Below, piece after piece: positions 20,707 through 30,221 of a DNA stretch of 64,000 bases. Origin of the DNA: an uncultured Bacteroides sp. Lineage in GTDB: Bacteria > Bacteroidota > Bacteroidia > Bacteroidales > Bacteroidaceae. The stretch is taken from contig CAAEVR010000164.1 of assembly GCA_900759525.1 (NCBI GenBank), positions 2,940-66,939 of the forward strand, read 5' to 3'. The position numbers and the translations under genes are program-made. Numbering within the stretch: position 1 is the stretch's first letter; the number at the start of each line of letters is the position of its first letter. The notes below the pieces were generated by a model. The model was given only the letters and a program-made list of their open reading frames with translations, ran no database searches and was not told the origin of the DNA.

Positions 20707-21288
20707 CTACACCCTCAATAATTCCCTGTACAGCCTCTGTACAGGGAGTCCCATGATATTATAGTAACTTCCCGAGATATTCTCCACCCCAATAAAACCG
20801 ATCCACTCCTGCACTCCATAGGCTCCGGCTTTATCCATCGGTTTGAAGTTATCTACGTAATATATAATTTCATCTTCGCTCAATGTGGCGAAACGTACTT
20901 CAGTCTGTGCTGTAAAACTTCGCTGCCAATCGGTCGTGGTTATGCATACGCCGGTGAAAACTTCATGGGTACGCCCCGACATAGTCCGCAACATCTGCAA
21001 AGCATCTTCCCTATCCCGGGGTTTGCCAAGAACCTTACCATCCAGCCATACAATCGTATCAGCCGTAATTATCAGTTCATCAGGTTGCATCATAGGTATG
21101 TAGGCGTCCGCTTTTTCCTTAGCAATGTAGAGCGGTATTTCCTCCCCCTGCAAAGTATCCGGATAAGATTCATCCACATCCGGAAGCATCCGCACTTCAT
21201 AATTCACGCCCAAACCTGCCATCAATTCTCTCCTGCGGGGAGATCCCGAGGCAAGAATCACCTTATATTTCTCTAAATTGTCCAACAT
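20707..21288 (-). CDS. maf: Maf-like nucleoside triphosphate pyrophosphatase
   Basis: ILASGSPRRRELM, ADTIV, LGKP, DKAGAYGVQ. Confidence 0.95.
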   Translation of the reverse strand: MLDNLEKYKVILASGSPRRRELMAGLGVNYEVRMLPDVDESYPDTLQGEEIPLYIAKEKADAYIPMMQPDELIITADTIVWLDGKVLGKPRDREDALQMLRTMSGRTHEVFTGVCITTTDWQRSFTAQTEVRFATLSEDEIIYYVDNFKPMDKAGAYGVQEWIGFIGVENISGSYYNIMGLPVQRLYRELLRV

Positions 21289-21333
21289 AACGATTTAAAG
21301 TATTAATTTTTAAGCATTAAGTATAAGAGGAGA

Positions 21334-21861
21334 TCACCAACCAAAGGCTTTATCATCCATCCAAAGTCCCTGAACTTTCAATACCTGTTCTACAACGTCC
21401 CGACCACAGCCATAGCCACCATTGGCATAGGAAATGTAGCGGGAGACGGTCTTCACTTCTGCTGACGCGTCTTTAGGACAACAAGGTAATCCGCACTCAC
21501 GCATTACTTCAATATCCGGAATGTCATCACCTACATAAAGAATCTCTTCGTTTTTCAAGCCATGGCGGTCACGAAAATCATGATAATCATGGATTTTTAC
21601 GGAAGAAGCCATGTAAATATCCTCAGAAGGAATTCCCAAGGCCATAAAGCGTTTGCGAACAGCTTCGGAGCGTCCACCGGTAATGATTCCCAGTAACAAG
21701 CCCTGTTTGCAGGCAAGGTGCAAAGCATAACCATCTTTAATGTTCACGGTGCGCATCGGTTCTCCATCCGGACTCATCGGTATGACGTTAGCACTCAAAA
21801 CGCCATCAACATCAAATACAAGTGCTTTTATCTTTTTCAGATCGTAATTGATAGTACTCAC
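21334..21861 (-). CDS. kdsC: 3-deoxy-D-manno-octulosonate 8-phosphate phosphatase (HAD)
   Basis: [35 protein letters not shown] start. Confidence 0.88.
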   Translation of the reverse strand: MSTINYDLKKIKALVFDVDGVLSANVIPMSPDGEPMRTVNIKDGYALHLACKQGLLLGIITGGRSEAVRKRFMALGIPSEDIYMASSVKIHDYHDFRDRHGLKNEEILYVGDDIPDIEVMRECGLPCCPKDASAEVKTVSRYISYANGGYGCGRDVVEQVLKVQGLWMDDKAFGW

Positions 21862-21897
21862 TATATTCGGTTTTTAAATTAGGTTACCTTTCAAAAA

Positions 21898-21985
21898 AAA
21901 CAATGCTTGTTTTAGGATAAAACTATGCTTGTTATGTACCAAAACATTGCTTGTTATGCATCGAAACATTACTTGTTATGCAAAC
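21898..21985. repeat. Four degenerate 22-bp tandem repeats (AAACAwTGCTTGTTATG...)
   Basis: Units start at 21898, 21920, 21942 and 21964; the last overlaps the stop codon of the DUF2520 gene. Confidence 0.8.
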
Positions 21986-22763
21986 GATGTATATTCTCGC
22001 TTACAAGCTGATACAATTCCTGCATCTCCGGTTCATCAGCAAGCATCTCCAGATGCTTATTGATTACATTTTCATCATAACGTACAGCCGGACCTGTCTG
22101 AGCCAGCTTCGGTTCCAGTTCATGCACTTTACGGGCTGTTTCATCAATCAGGGGCAGCATCGCATCGAATGGAAGATTATATTTCTTCAATAATTCAGCC
22201 GCCAGAGCATACATGTGATTCGTAAAATTACAAGTGAACACAGCTGCCAGATGCAGGCTTCTACGCTGTTCAGAGGTAACTTCATACACCTTTTCCGAAA
22301 GAACAGAAGCAATTGCTTTCAACAATTCCGTATCTTCGGGTGAATTGCTTTCTATGAAGAAAGGAACTATACGGAAATCCACCTCGCGCTGTTTGCTGAA
22401 AGTCTGCATAGGATAAAACACACCGTAACGCGAAGTTTTTCCTTCCCAAATGTTCATCGGAATACTTCCGGCCGTATGTACCAGCAAAGCATCTTCCTTA
22501 CCGGCAGCAATCTCGGGTAATAATTCCACGAAAGCAGCATCCTTCAAAGAGACAATATAAAGCTGGGCATCTCCGGATACTTCCGAAAGCTCTGTTGTAT
22601 ATTCCGCCTCTACCGCTTGCGCCAAGGCGTACGCAGCCTCTTTTGTACGACTGTACACCTGCACTATACGAAAACCATTTTGATATAAAGCCTTGGCCAG
22701 ATTCGTTGCGAGGTTTCCGGCACCGATAAAGACAATCGGCGTATCTTGCACACTCCTTTTCAT
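21969..22763 (-). CDS. Rossmann-like and DUF2520 domain protein
   Basis: FIGAGNLA, HTAGS, FYPMQTFS, LHLAAVFTCNF, AQTGPAVR. Start moved to MKRSVQ. Confidence 0.9.
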   Translation of the reverse strand: MKRSVQDTPIVFIGAGNLATNLAKALYQNGFRIVQVYSRTKEAAYALAQAVEAEYTTELSEVSGDAQLYIVSLKDAAFVELLPEIAAGKEDALLVHTAGSIPMNIWEGKTSRYGVFYPMQTFSKQREVDFRIVPFFIESNSPEDTELLKAIASVLSEKVYEVTSEQRRSLHLAAVFTCNFTNHMYALAAELLKKYNLPFDAMLPLIDETARKVHELEPKLAQTGPAVRYDENVINKHLEMLADEPEMQELYQLVSENIHRLHNK

Positions 22764-23095
22764 CTTGTAGCCAGCCAATATAGAATAATTCCGAGAACCA
22801 GCAAAGTTACAGGCAGCAGATAGGCAGACATTGTGCCGAGTAATGCCGTTATCAATCCGAAATTCAGTATCAGCCACAGACCAATCAACACCAGTCCCAC
22901 CGATTTATCACGCTTGAAGATGAGAAATATCACCGCCGTATAAAGCAGGAAATTATCCTTATTCATCACCCACGGCAGACCAATACTTGAGAAATGTATC
23001 AATTTGTCCACCAGATAAAGTATACCGAAAACAATCAACGTAACCGCTGTGGCCCTGTAAGTATCGCGGTTATTGTTTGCTTTTGCCGCACCCAC
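22760..23095 (-). CDS. Small hydrophobic membrane protein
   Basis: Four hydrophobic segments; tightly packed between the nitroreductase and DUF2520 genes. Confidence 0.7.
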   Translation of the reverse strand: MGAAKANNNRDTYRATAVTLIVFGILYLVDKLIHFSSIGLPWVMNKDNFLLYTAVIFLIFKRDKSVGLVLIGLWLILNFGLITALLGTMSAYLLPVTLLVLGIILYWLATR

Positions 23096-23097
23096 CG

Positions 23098-23634
23098 TTA
23101 CTTTCCTCCGTATTTATTGATATGAACTTTTTCCCATTGCAGATGTTCTTCACTGAAAGGCTTACGTTCCATGCCTTTGTGTCCGATAGCAACGACACTG
23201 AGCACTTGCAGTTGTAAAGGAATATCGAGCACTTCGCGCACATATTCATCGGACGGCATACCGGAAGCGGTGAAACGTTCGCGCACCTGCACCCAGCAAC
23301 TGCCTAAGCCCATATCTTCTGCCTGTAATTGTATAATAATCGAAGCAATGGAAGCATCTTCAATCCACACATCACTCACCAACGGGTCAGCCGTTACTAC
23401 AATTGCCAACGGTGCATCAGCAATAAATTGCGACGCTTGCGCCTTGCAATGTGATAGTTTTTCAAGCAACTCCTTATCGTCCACCATAATAAACTGCCAT
23501 GCATTGGTCCGCTTGGAAGTGGGTGACATCAGCGCAGCTTTCATCAGGGTAACCACCTCTTCCTGCGTCAACTCTTCATCCGTAAATTTCCGCATACTGC
23601 GGCGAACTTTTAGCAATTCACTGAAATTTTCCAT
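23098..23634 (-). CDS. Nitroreductase family protein
   Basis: RRSMRKF, SPTSKRTNAWQF, GLGSCWV. Confidence 0.92.
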   Translation of the reverse strand: MENFSELLKVRRSMRKFTDEELTQEEVVTLMKAALMSPTSKRTNAWQFIMVDDKELLEKLSHCKAQASQFIADAPLAIVVTADPLVSDVWIEDASIASIIIQLQAEDMGLGSCWVQVRERFTASGMPSDEYVREVLDIPLQLQVLSVVAIGHKGMERKPFSEEHLQWEKVHINKYGGK

Positions 23635-23649
23635 ATATCATATTTTATT

Positions 23650-23752
23650 AGTTACAAGTTGCAAGTTACGAGCTACAAGTAGCTGCGCTATTACACCGAA
23701 TGGCACTCGTAGCTTGTAACTCGTAACTTATTTAGCGCAATGCGCTAAATAA
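23650..23752. repeat. Palindromic element: heptamer (AGTTACA/G) arms around a GCTGCGCTAT core, plus an adjacent perfect palindrome
   Basis: Arms 23657-23680 and 23705-23728; TTATTTAGCGCA-A-TGCGCTAAATAA at 23728-23752. Confidence 0.75.
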
Positions 23753-23765
23753 CCATTTAGGAACG

Positions 23766-23794
23766 CAAAGATACAAGATTATTTTCTAAATTTG
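23766..23794. promoter_or_regulatory. Back-to-back divergent -7 promoter boxes
   Basis: TATCTTTG on the - strand (23766-23773) and TAAATTTG on the + strand (23787-23794). Confidence 0.65.
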
Positions 23795-23800
23795 CAGTCA

Positions 23801-24784
23801 ATGCCTTTGAAACTGACTACATATTACCACGGGAGTGACATCCCGGAACTGCCGGGCAATAATACATTTCACTCCATCGAGTTGTTTCATATCTACGAAG
23901 CAACCCCGGGTTATACGCCCCTTCTCATTGTTGCGTCAGAAGCCGAAAAGCCTGTCGCCAAGCTATTGGCAGCTGTACGAAAGAGCGCCCGTTTGTTCCC
24001 GCCCGCCATTATCAAGCGATGTGAGGTTTATGGCACAGGAGAGTATTTTGATGAAACTGTTGACAAGGAGTTTGTCTTTGGTGAGATGTTGCAACGGTTA
24101 ACGGCTGAAGCGTTACGGGAGGCATTCCTTATTGAATTCCGTAACCTGGAAAACTCCCTGTTCGGTTATAAATCTTTCCGCAAAAACCATTACTTCGCCA
24201 TAAACTGGCTACGGGTACGTAATTCATTACATAGCATCGAGCATGTAGAAAGCCGCTTCAGTCCCTCGCGCATCCGGCAAATCAAAAAAGGATTAAAAAA
24301 TGGTGCAGAAGTAAAGGAAGCTCATGCTCCGGAGGAAGTGCATGCATTCTCCCAGATGCTGCACCATGTCTATTCTTCTAAAATACGCCGTCATTTCCCC
24401 AGCAGAGTGTTCTTCCTACGCATGGAAGCAGAAATGATGAAAGGGGAACAATGCAAAATATTCATTGTCAATTACAAAAGTAAAATCATAGGCGGCAGTG
24501 TCTGCATCTATTCCGAAGACAGTGCTTACCTTTGGTTCTCCGGTGGTATGCGCAAGACGTATGCCCTTCAATACCCGGGTATACTTGCCGTATGGTATGC
24601 TCTGTTCGATGCCAAGCAGCGGGGATACCGTCACCTTGAATTTATGGATGTCGGCCTCCCCTTCCGCAAGCACGGTTACCGCGAATTTGTCTTACGCTTC
24701 GGCGGTAAACAAAGCAGTACGCGTCGCTGGTTTATTTTTCGCTGGGAGTGGCTGAACAAATTGCTGAATAAGATTTACGAATAA
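23801..24784 (+). CDS. GNAT / FemAB-like acyltransferase
   Basis: RIRQIKKGLKNG, AYLWFSGG, LEFMDVG...GYREFVLRFGG. Confidence 0.8.
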   Translation: MPLKLTTYYHGSDIPELPGNNTFHSIELFHIYEATPGYTPLLIVASEAEKPVAKLLAAVRKSARLFPPAIIKRCEVYGTGEYFDETVDKEFVFGEMLQRLTAEALREAFLIEFRNLENSLFGYKSFRKNHYFAINWLRVRNSLHSIEHVESRFSPSRIRQIKKGLKNGAEVKEAHAPEEVHAFSQMLHHVYSSKIRRHFPSRVFFLRMEAEMMKGEQCKIFIVNYKSKIIGGSVCIYSEDSAYLWFSGGMRKTYALQYPGILAVWYALFDAKQRGYRHLEFMDVGLPFRKHGYREFVLRFGGKQSSTRRWFIFRWEWLNKLLNKIYE

Positions 24785-24786
24785 AA

Positions 24787-27144
24787 TTATTCCACACTCT
24801 GATACGTCAATGGCGGATCAAAGTAACGGGACATACTCTTCATATTTTCTCTGTAAGAAGGCTTTGCAAAATGAGTATTCATGAAATAATCATCTTGTTG
24901 TTTCTTCTGTTCCTGCTTGAGTGCATCCAGTTCTGCTACGTAATTGGCTGTCTTCTTACCGGAGGCATCAGAGACATCCACTGTCATACGTGCTCCCTCT
25001 GTCCTGATACTTACCGAGTGATCTGTTGAAACCGGAACATCCAATGTCTGATAAGAATCGATATCCAGTTTGAGAGTTACGGGTGTACCAGTCCATTCAT
25101 AGCGGTAAGTTACGCTAGCATCGTTTTTGGAAATAATCATACGTAATGTACCATCTCCTATATTTACCCGACTATCCACTACCTTCAATTCAGAAGGAAG
25201 CTGCGGAGCAATGGTTATGGAATGATTGAGCATATCAGGACGAATTCCCAGGAAGTATTGGTTCCACACGCGGATATGCTCGCTATTACTCCACGCCTGC
25301 AGGAAAGTTCCACTTCGACGCACCCATGTCTGTCCGGCACGTGGCCATGCATCCGCATTCTCTGATAAACTGCCGACAGCACCTTCCGCAAGTGCCTGGC
25401 GGTTCATGTTCCTGAGCAAAGTATACGCGATGTCAGCTTGTCCGTTTTCTATCATCCGCTGCATGGCCATACCATTATTCCAAAGCCATATCGTGCCATT
25501 ATGATAAGCATCATCTTTATGATAACGATACCATTGCTCATGATAAGGATGGAACTGTTCATCGGACTGATCGAGTGAGGACACTCCCCACGGATATACC
25601 AGACGTTCCCAAACTTCTTTTGCCTCATGCATCTTCAAGTCAGGATCAGAAACCAGTTCCAGCGCGTAGATAGCATTGGGGCGGAATTGCGCATCTCCAC
25701 TTCCATCTGTATTCAGATGATCATAGATTGACTGGGCGACTGTGTCTACAAAATCCTGTTCAAAATTAGAGCGGAGACGCTCCGCGGCAAGATTCCAACG
25801 CCGGGCATCTTCTTCACGGTTCATGTAGCGGGCAAGATCCGAGGCATTCGTCAATTGGGTATACCACAATGCCTGCACATCCACAGCACGATTGCCACGT
25901 GGTGAACAAGGATACTTACTCTGCCGCTTGGCATCCATCCAAGTGTCCGCATCCGCATGGGTAAGATACCCTTTTTCGTCCGTATACAGGCGAAGAGAAG
26001 CATCCGTAGCAATCTTCACTGAAGGATAAATTTCTTTCACAAAGGCGGTGTCACCCGTATATTTCAGATAATCGTGCACCTGCATAACGAAACGAGGGGT
26101 TCCGTCAGTGGTATTATAAAGAATACCTTCCAGATTCAGACGATTAGGTACACGTCCGTAAGTAGGAGATGTAGAAATGGTGTCCTGATAACGTGCAAAT
26201 GACGCAAGAATATCACGTGCCGTATCAAACTGCCCCGTACAAAGCACTGCACCCGGCATAGAGATAAACATATCCCGCCCCCAGAAGTCCGTGAACCAGG
26301 GTAAACCGGCATACATACCATAACCACCGTGCTGATGAGTGATCAACTGATCATTGGTAAGCATAATCCAGGCAAGGGCATGATCCAAAGAATCCAGATT
26401 GGTCTTTAAAGGATTATGGTCCAGTAAGGATTGAATACGCTGACTACGTGCAGCCGACCACTTCTCTCCTTCTTTACGGAAACCGTCTATTACTTGCCGG
26501 CTATCTTCTTCCGTACCAAAAGCAATCAGGAAACCACCTGCAGCAACCGGAACAGTTATCAGATTATCTGCAAATTCAATCCCTGCCTCCGCTACGGGTG
26601 CTATACGTATTACATTTTCCGGTGACTCTTTCGCTGTATAGAGTACAGAATTTCCATCCTTCCGTGCATCCACCACATTTTCCCCCATCAGCATGAATGA
26701 GATCTGCTTCCCTTGTACACTATCCATACGAACATACAGCAACTTCGGTTCATCCACCAGACAGAATGTTTCCACAGCCTTTTCATATTGGCGAACTAAT
26801 TTATCAGGATATACCGACGTACAGGCATTTTTCCGAAGCAATCTTTCTCCATCCACATACAAACGGTAATCGGCAAAGATACGTTTGGCATAAATATTCC
26901 AGCCTGCATACCAATCTCCCCAATCATCCGTAGAGGTCATTCCATAATAGAAACCTCCGTTTTTGTCTGTATAAGAATATTCACGTGACTGTCCGTCAGG
27001 TATGGTAATGCCTAATTCGTTCGTACTTAGTGTAGACAATTCTTTTACATTTTCACTACAAGCCATCACTAAAAAAGAAGTAGCTGCGAGTAATATCCCC
27101 GCAGCTTTCTTCGAAAAGCATAAATTCACTTTGTTGTTGATCAT
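24787..27144 (-). CDS. Amylo-alpha-1,6-glucosidase / glycogen debranching enzyme (GDE_C, (alpha/alpha)6), predicted lipoprotein
   Basis: YAGLPWFTDFWGRDMFIS, YNTTDGT, TWMDAK, YHNGTIWLW, QAWS; lipobox LVMAC. Confidence 0.85.
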   Translation of the reverse strand: MINNKVNLCFSKKAAGILLAATSFLVMACSENVKELSTLSTNELGITIPDGQSREYSYTDKNGGFYYGMTSTDDWGDWYAGWNIYAKRIFADYRLYVDGERLLRKNACTSVYPDKLVRQYEKAVETFCLVDEPKLLYVRMDSVQGKQISFMLMGENVVDARKDGNSVLYTAKESPENVIRIAPVAEAGIEFADNLITVPVAAGGFLIAFGTEEDSRQVIDGFRKEGEKWSAARSQRIQSLLDHNPLKTNLDSLDHALAWIMLTNDQLITHQHGGYGMYAGLPWFTDFWGRDMFISMPGAVLCTGQFDTARDILASFARYQDTISTSPTYGRVPNRLNLEGILYNTTDGTPRFVMQVHDYLKYTGDTAFVKEIYPSVKIATDASLRLYTDEKGYLTHADADTWMDAKRQSKYPCSPRGNRAVDVQALWYTQLTNASDLARYMNREEDARRWNLAAERLRSNFEQDFVDTVAQSIYDHLNTDGSGDAQFRPNAIYALELVSDPDLKMHEAKEVWERLVYPWGVSSLDQSDEQFHPYHEQWYRYHKDDAYHNGTIWLWNNGMAMQRMIENGQADIAYTLLRNMNRQALAEGAVGSLSENADAWPRAGQTWVRRSGTFLQAWSNSEHIRVWNQYFLGIRPDMLNHSITIAPQLPSELKVVDSRVNIGDGTLRMIISKNDASVTYRYEWTGTPVTLKLDIDSYQTLDVPVSTDHSVSIRTEGARMTVDVSDASGKKTANYVAELDALKQEQKKQQDDYFMNTHFAKPSYRENMKSMSRYFDPPLTYQSVE

Positions 27145-27179
27145 ATTTACAGCAACTAACCTATTTTATCGTAACTAAT

Positions 27180-30008
27180 CTATTTCATTATTTTGCAAAC
27201 CTGTACTCTGCCATCTTCCATATAAGCCCGTGCCATATAATAACCAACGGGCAAAGCAGACAAACCGACAGAAGTACATTTTTCCTGTGTCATCACCAGC
27301 ATTCCATTCACAGAATATACTTCTACGCGTTTAGCTTCTCCGCCAGGCAGCACCAAAGTATCTATACCTCTATTGTAATATATTAAAAGTTTTTCGGCAT
27401 CAGGAGCAATAGCCTCGATACCTGTCAGAGTCGGTTTAAAGTTCGTAAAGAGACGGAATTCATGGGCAGGAACAGCAATAGTCTGTGTAGTGCTTGATAC
27501 ATTCAACGCCTCATTGTCTTTCAGTAACTCATACCATGTACCAGTTTCCTGGAAAGTTACAGAAAAGTTCTTATCTGCCAGCGTAAAGTTGCCAACAACT
27601 ACAAGAGACTTGCCGTCAATGGAAGTAGCCGACAAAGTACGTCCATTGTCCCAGTTAGCAGTACCTACTTCCCAACTAAATGTAGTGCTTGAAGCAAACA
27701 GTTCAGGATAGGAATGACGTAAATCTAAAAGAGCAGCATACGTCTCATACAATTTCTTTCGGTCAGCATCTTCAAAGTAGTCCCAACGTATCGGCTTGGG
27801 GTCAGTACGAAAACCACCTTGATCATCATATTTAGAACCATCGCTATTGTTATTTATTGAGAAATCATATCCTAACTCACCAAATTGCCAGATCATCTTT
27901 GGTCCGGGTACGGTAAGAAAGAAAGCCGCATTGGTGGCTAAACGTTTGGTACGGGTAGAGAGATTAATATTACTTCCTGTTGCAGGGCTCATTCCGGTAT
28001 TTGTACTCGTAGTTGATGCTATTACTCCGGTATTTCCCCATTTCCAGGCTTTAAACCCTGTACGTTCTTCATCATGACTTTCCATATATCCTACTAAGCT
28101 ACCGGCAGGCATACTGGATGTTCCCGCAAATAAACCAGAAAAATCGGTTTTTGAGCCACTCCATCCCATAGCAGTTTCACAATATGCTTCATTTTTATTA
28201 CGCCATAGCAAGATGCCCGCATCTCCTAACTGCTTTTCTTCACTGAGAGCTGCCAGATGTTCAAAAATAACATAAGCACCCGGTTGCCGCTTTTGTACGG
28301 CAGCCGACATACGCTTCAAGTTAGCAATACGTGCATTATCCGGTCCATTTGCCCAGTCATTCTCCCCATAAGAAGTATTAGAGAAACCTTTCGTAAAGTC
28401 ATAACGGAAACCATCAATTTTATATTCCGACATCCAGAAACCGGCCACACTATCTACCAAAGCACGGGTATACTCACTCTCATGATTAAAATCATATCCC
28501 CATGAAAGGCTCGGATTCTTGATATTTGATTCTTGATTATACCACGGATTATCAGCAGAGGGCTTCCCATCTGCATCCTTGTACAGAAGATAGAAAGGAG
28601 ACTGCCCAAAGCTATGATTCAGCACAAGGTCGATAATAACGGCCATACCCTGACTGTGACACTCATCTACAAAAGTTCTTAAGTCATTCTTTGTACCATA
28701 ATACTTATCTACAGCAAAATAGAATGAAGGATTATACCCCCAGCTCGTGTTTCCTTCAAATTCATTAACGGGCATTAGTTCTATTGCGTTTACCCCCAGA
28801 TTCTTCAAGTACTCCAGTTTTTCTTTTGCAGCATTGAATGTATGTTCTTCAGTAAAATCACGAATCAACATTTCATAAATAACCAATTGCTCAGAAGCCG
28901 GACGTTCGAAGTTTTTCACTTTCCAATTATATGCAGTCTGGCCAGTCTGTAGAACAGAGACAATGCCTTCTGCCTTTCCGGCCGGATAAGGTTTCAAATT
29001 CGGATATGTCGTACTTTCAATATACGAATCATTCCATGGGTCCAGTACTTTATCAGTATAAGGATCTGCAATATAAATAGAACCATCTACCAAATACTGG
29101 AAAGCATATTCTTCACCTTTTGTCAGCCCGGAAAGAGTTATCCAGAAATATTCACCATCTTGTTTCAACTGATAATCCGATTTAGGAGTCCAATCGTTAA
29201 AGTCCCCCACTACATATACGTACTCCTTTTTGGGAGCCTGCAATACTAAAGTTGCTTCTGTATCACTAATATAGTTAATACCGGGACGCACTCCTTGGGG
29301 CATTTTCTCCGAGGTGCTTGTCCCATTCAGTACTGTTACTTCCTGTGTAGCAGAAACAGTTTTACCATTGGCTGTAGCTTCTGCTTTCAACGTATATCTG
29401 CCGGCAGTTGAGAACGTGTGAGATTTAGAAATGGTAGTAGCATTAGCTTCCATGGCTATTTCAGTAGCATCTACATAGAGTTTCAAAGCAGAGGCAACAG
29501 AAGCCGAAGCTTGAATTGTAAGAGCAGTATTGGTAATCATATTTTCTTTCTCGGCAGGTTGATCAAAACGAACGGTTAAACCGGCAGTATGTACATCAAC
29601 AAAGATATCTTTGCCCCCCGTGTCTTTGCCTTCTTTTGATTTATCTGCACTACGAAAAACAAAAGCTAACTGTGTTACTGTTTCTCCATCTTTGACACCA
29701 TAATATTCACGAATATTGGGGGTTATTTTCAGCTGCCATTTATCATTTCCTAATGAAGTCAATTTATACTTCGCCGAATTATCTCCCCAAGTGGGGGCAT
29801 ATTGCCAAACTGTGTTCCCAATTGTCACTCCCGTATGCGCATATACATCACCGGTAAAGCCTTTCAACCCAGCCGTACCTTTCGTTGCATCAAAAACAAT
29901 GGTGACTTCATCATTCTCCGTTGGAAAATCCGGAGTAGTAGTTACTATTTGCGCCTGCATAGCTAAAATAGCTAACAAGCAAATAAAAAAAGCGTAGAGT
30001 CTTTTCAT
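27180..30008 (-). CDS. Secreted multidomain GH13 alpha-amylase family protein (CBM48-like) with T9SS type-A-like C-terminal domain
   Basis: Signal peptide, VYAHTGV N-domain, VVGDFNDW, WGYNP, DLVLNH, GFRYDFTKGF, IFEH, YMESHDEER; tail VEVYSVNGMLV...LPVGYY...KIMK. Confidence 0.88.
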   Translation of the reverse strand: MKRLYAFFICLLAILAMQAQIVTTTPDFPTENDEVTIVFDATKGTAGLKGFTGDVYAHTGVTIGNTVWQYAPTWGDNSAKYKLTSLGNDKWQLKITPNIREYYGVKDGETVTQLAFVFRSADKSKEGKDTGGKDIFVDVHTAGLTVRFDQPAEKENMITNTALTIQASASVASALKLYVDATEIAMEANATTISKSHTFSTAGRYTLKAEATANGKTVSATQEVTVLNGTSTSEKMPQGVRPGINYISDTEATLVLQAPKKEYVYVVGDFNDWTPKSDYQLKQDGEYFWITLSGLTKGEEYAFQYLVDGSIYIADPYTDKVLDPWNDSYIESTTYPNLKPYPAGKAEGIVSVLQTGQTAYNWKVKNFERPASEQLVIYEMLIRDFTEEHTFNAAKEKLEYLKNLGVNAIELMPVNEFEGNTSWGYNPSFYFAVDKYYGTKNDLRTFVDECHSQGMAVIIDLVLNHSFGQSPFYLLYKDADGKPSADNPWYNQESNIKNPSLSWGYDFNHESEYTRALVDSVAGFWMSEYKIDGFRYDFTKGFSNTSYGENDWANGPDNARIANLKRMSAAVQKRQPGAYVIFEHLAALSEEKQLGDAGILLWRNKNEAYCETAMGWSGSKTDFSGLFAGTSSMPAGSLVGYMESHDEERTGFKAWKWGNTGVIASTTSTNTGMSPATGSNINLSTRTKRLATNAAFFLTVPGPKMIWQFGELGYDFSINNNSDGSKYDDQGGFRTDPKPIRWDYFEDADRKKLYETYAALLDLRHSYPELFASSTTFSWEVGTANWDNGRTLSATSIDGKSLVVVGNFTLADKNFSVTFQETGTWYELLKDNEALNVSSTTQTIAVPAHEFRLFTNFKPTLTGIEAIAPDAEKLLIYYNRGIDTLVLPGGEAKRVEVYSVNGMLVMTQEKCTSVGLSALPVGYYMARAYMEDGRVQVCKIMK

Positions 30009-30034
30009 TCGGTATCAATTTATAGTTAATGGTT

Positions 30035-30111
30035 CAAAAGTACAGTAGTTATTCCGGATTATCAAGTGCTTGAAACAGAAGAGGAAGAAGAAGTAATGCA
30101 AACGGTTGCAT
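30035..30111 (-). promoter_or_regulatory. Amylase promoter: -7 box plus LacI-type palindromic operator
   Basis: TACTTTTG on the - strand (30035-30042); ATGCAAACGGTTGCAT (30096-30111). Confidence 0.7.
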
Positions 30112-30221
30112 GAAACAGCGAAACAAGAATAAAAAATATCCCATTCCATTTTATTCTTCAACATAGAAAGCGTACATTTGCTAATAGATACAATTATCAT
30201 GTGCCACTAAGAAAACTCAAA

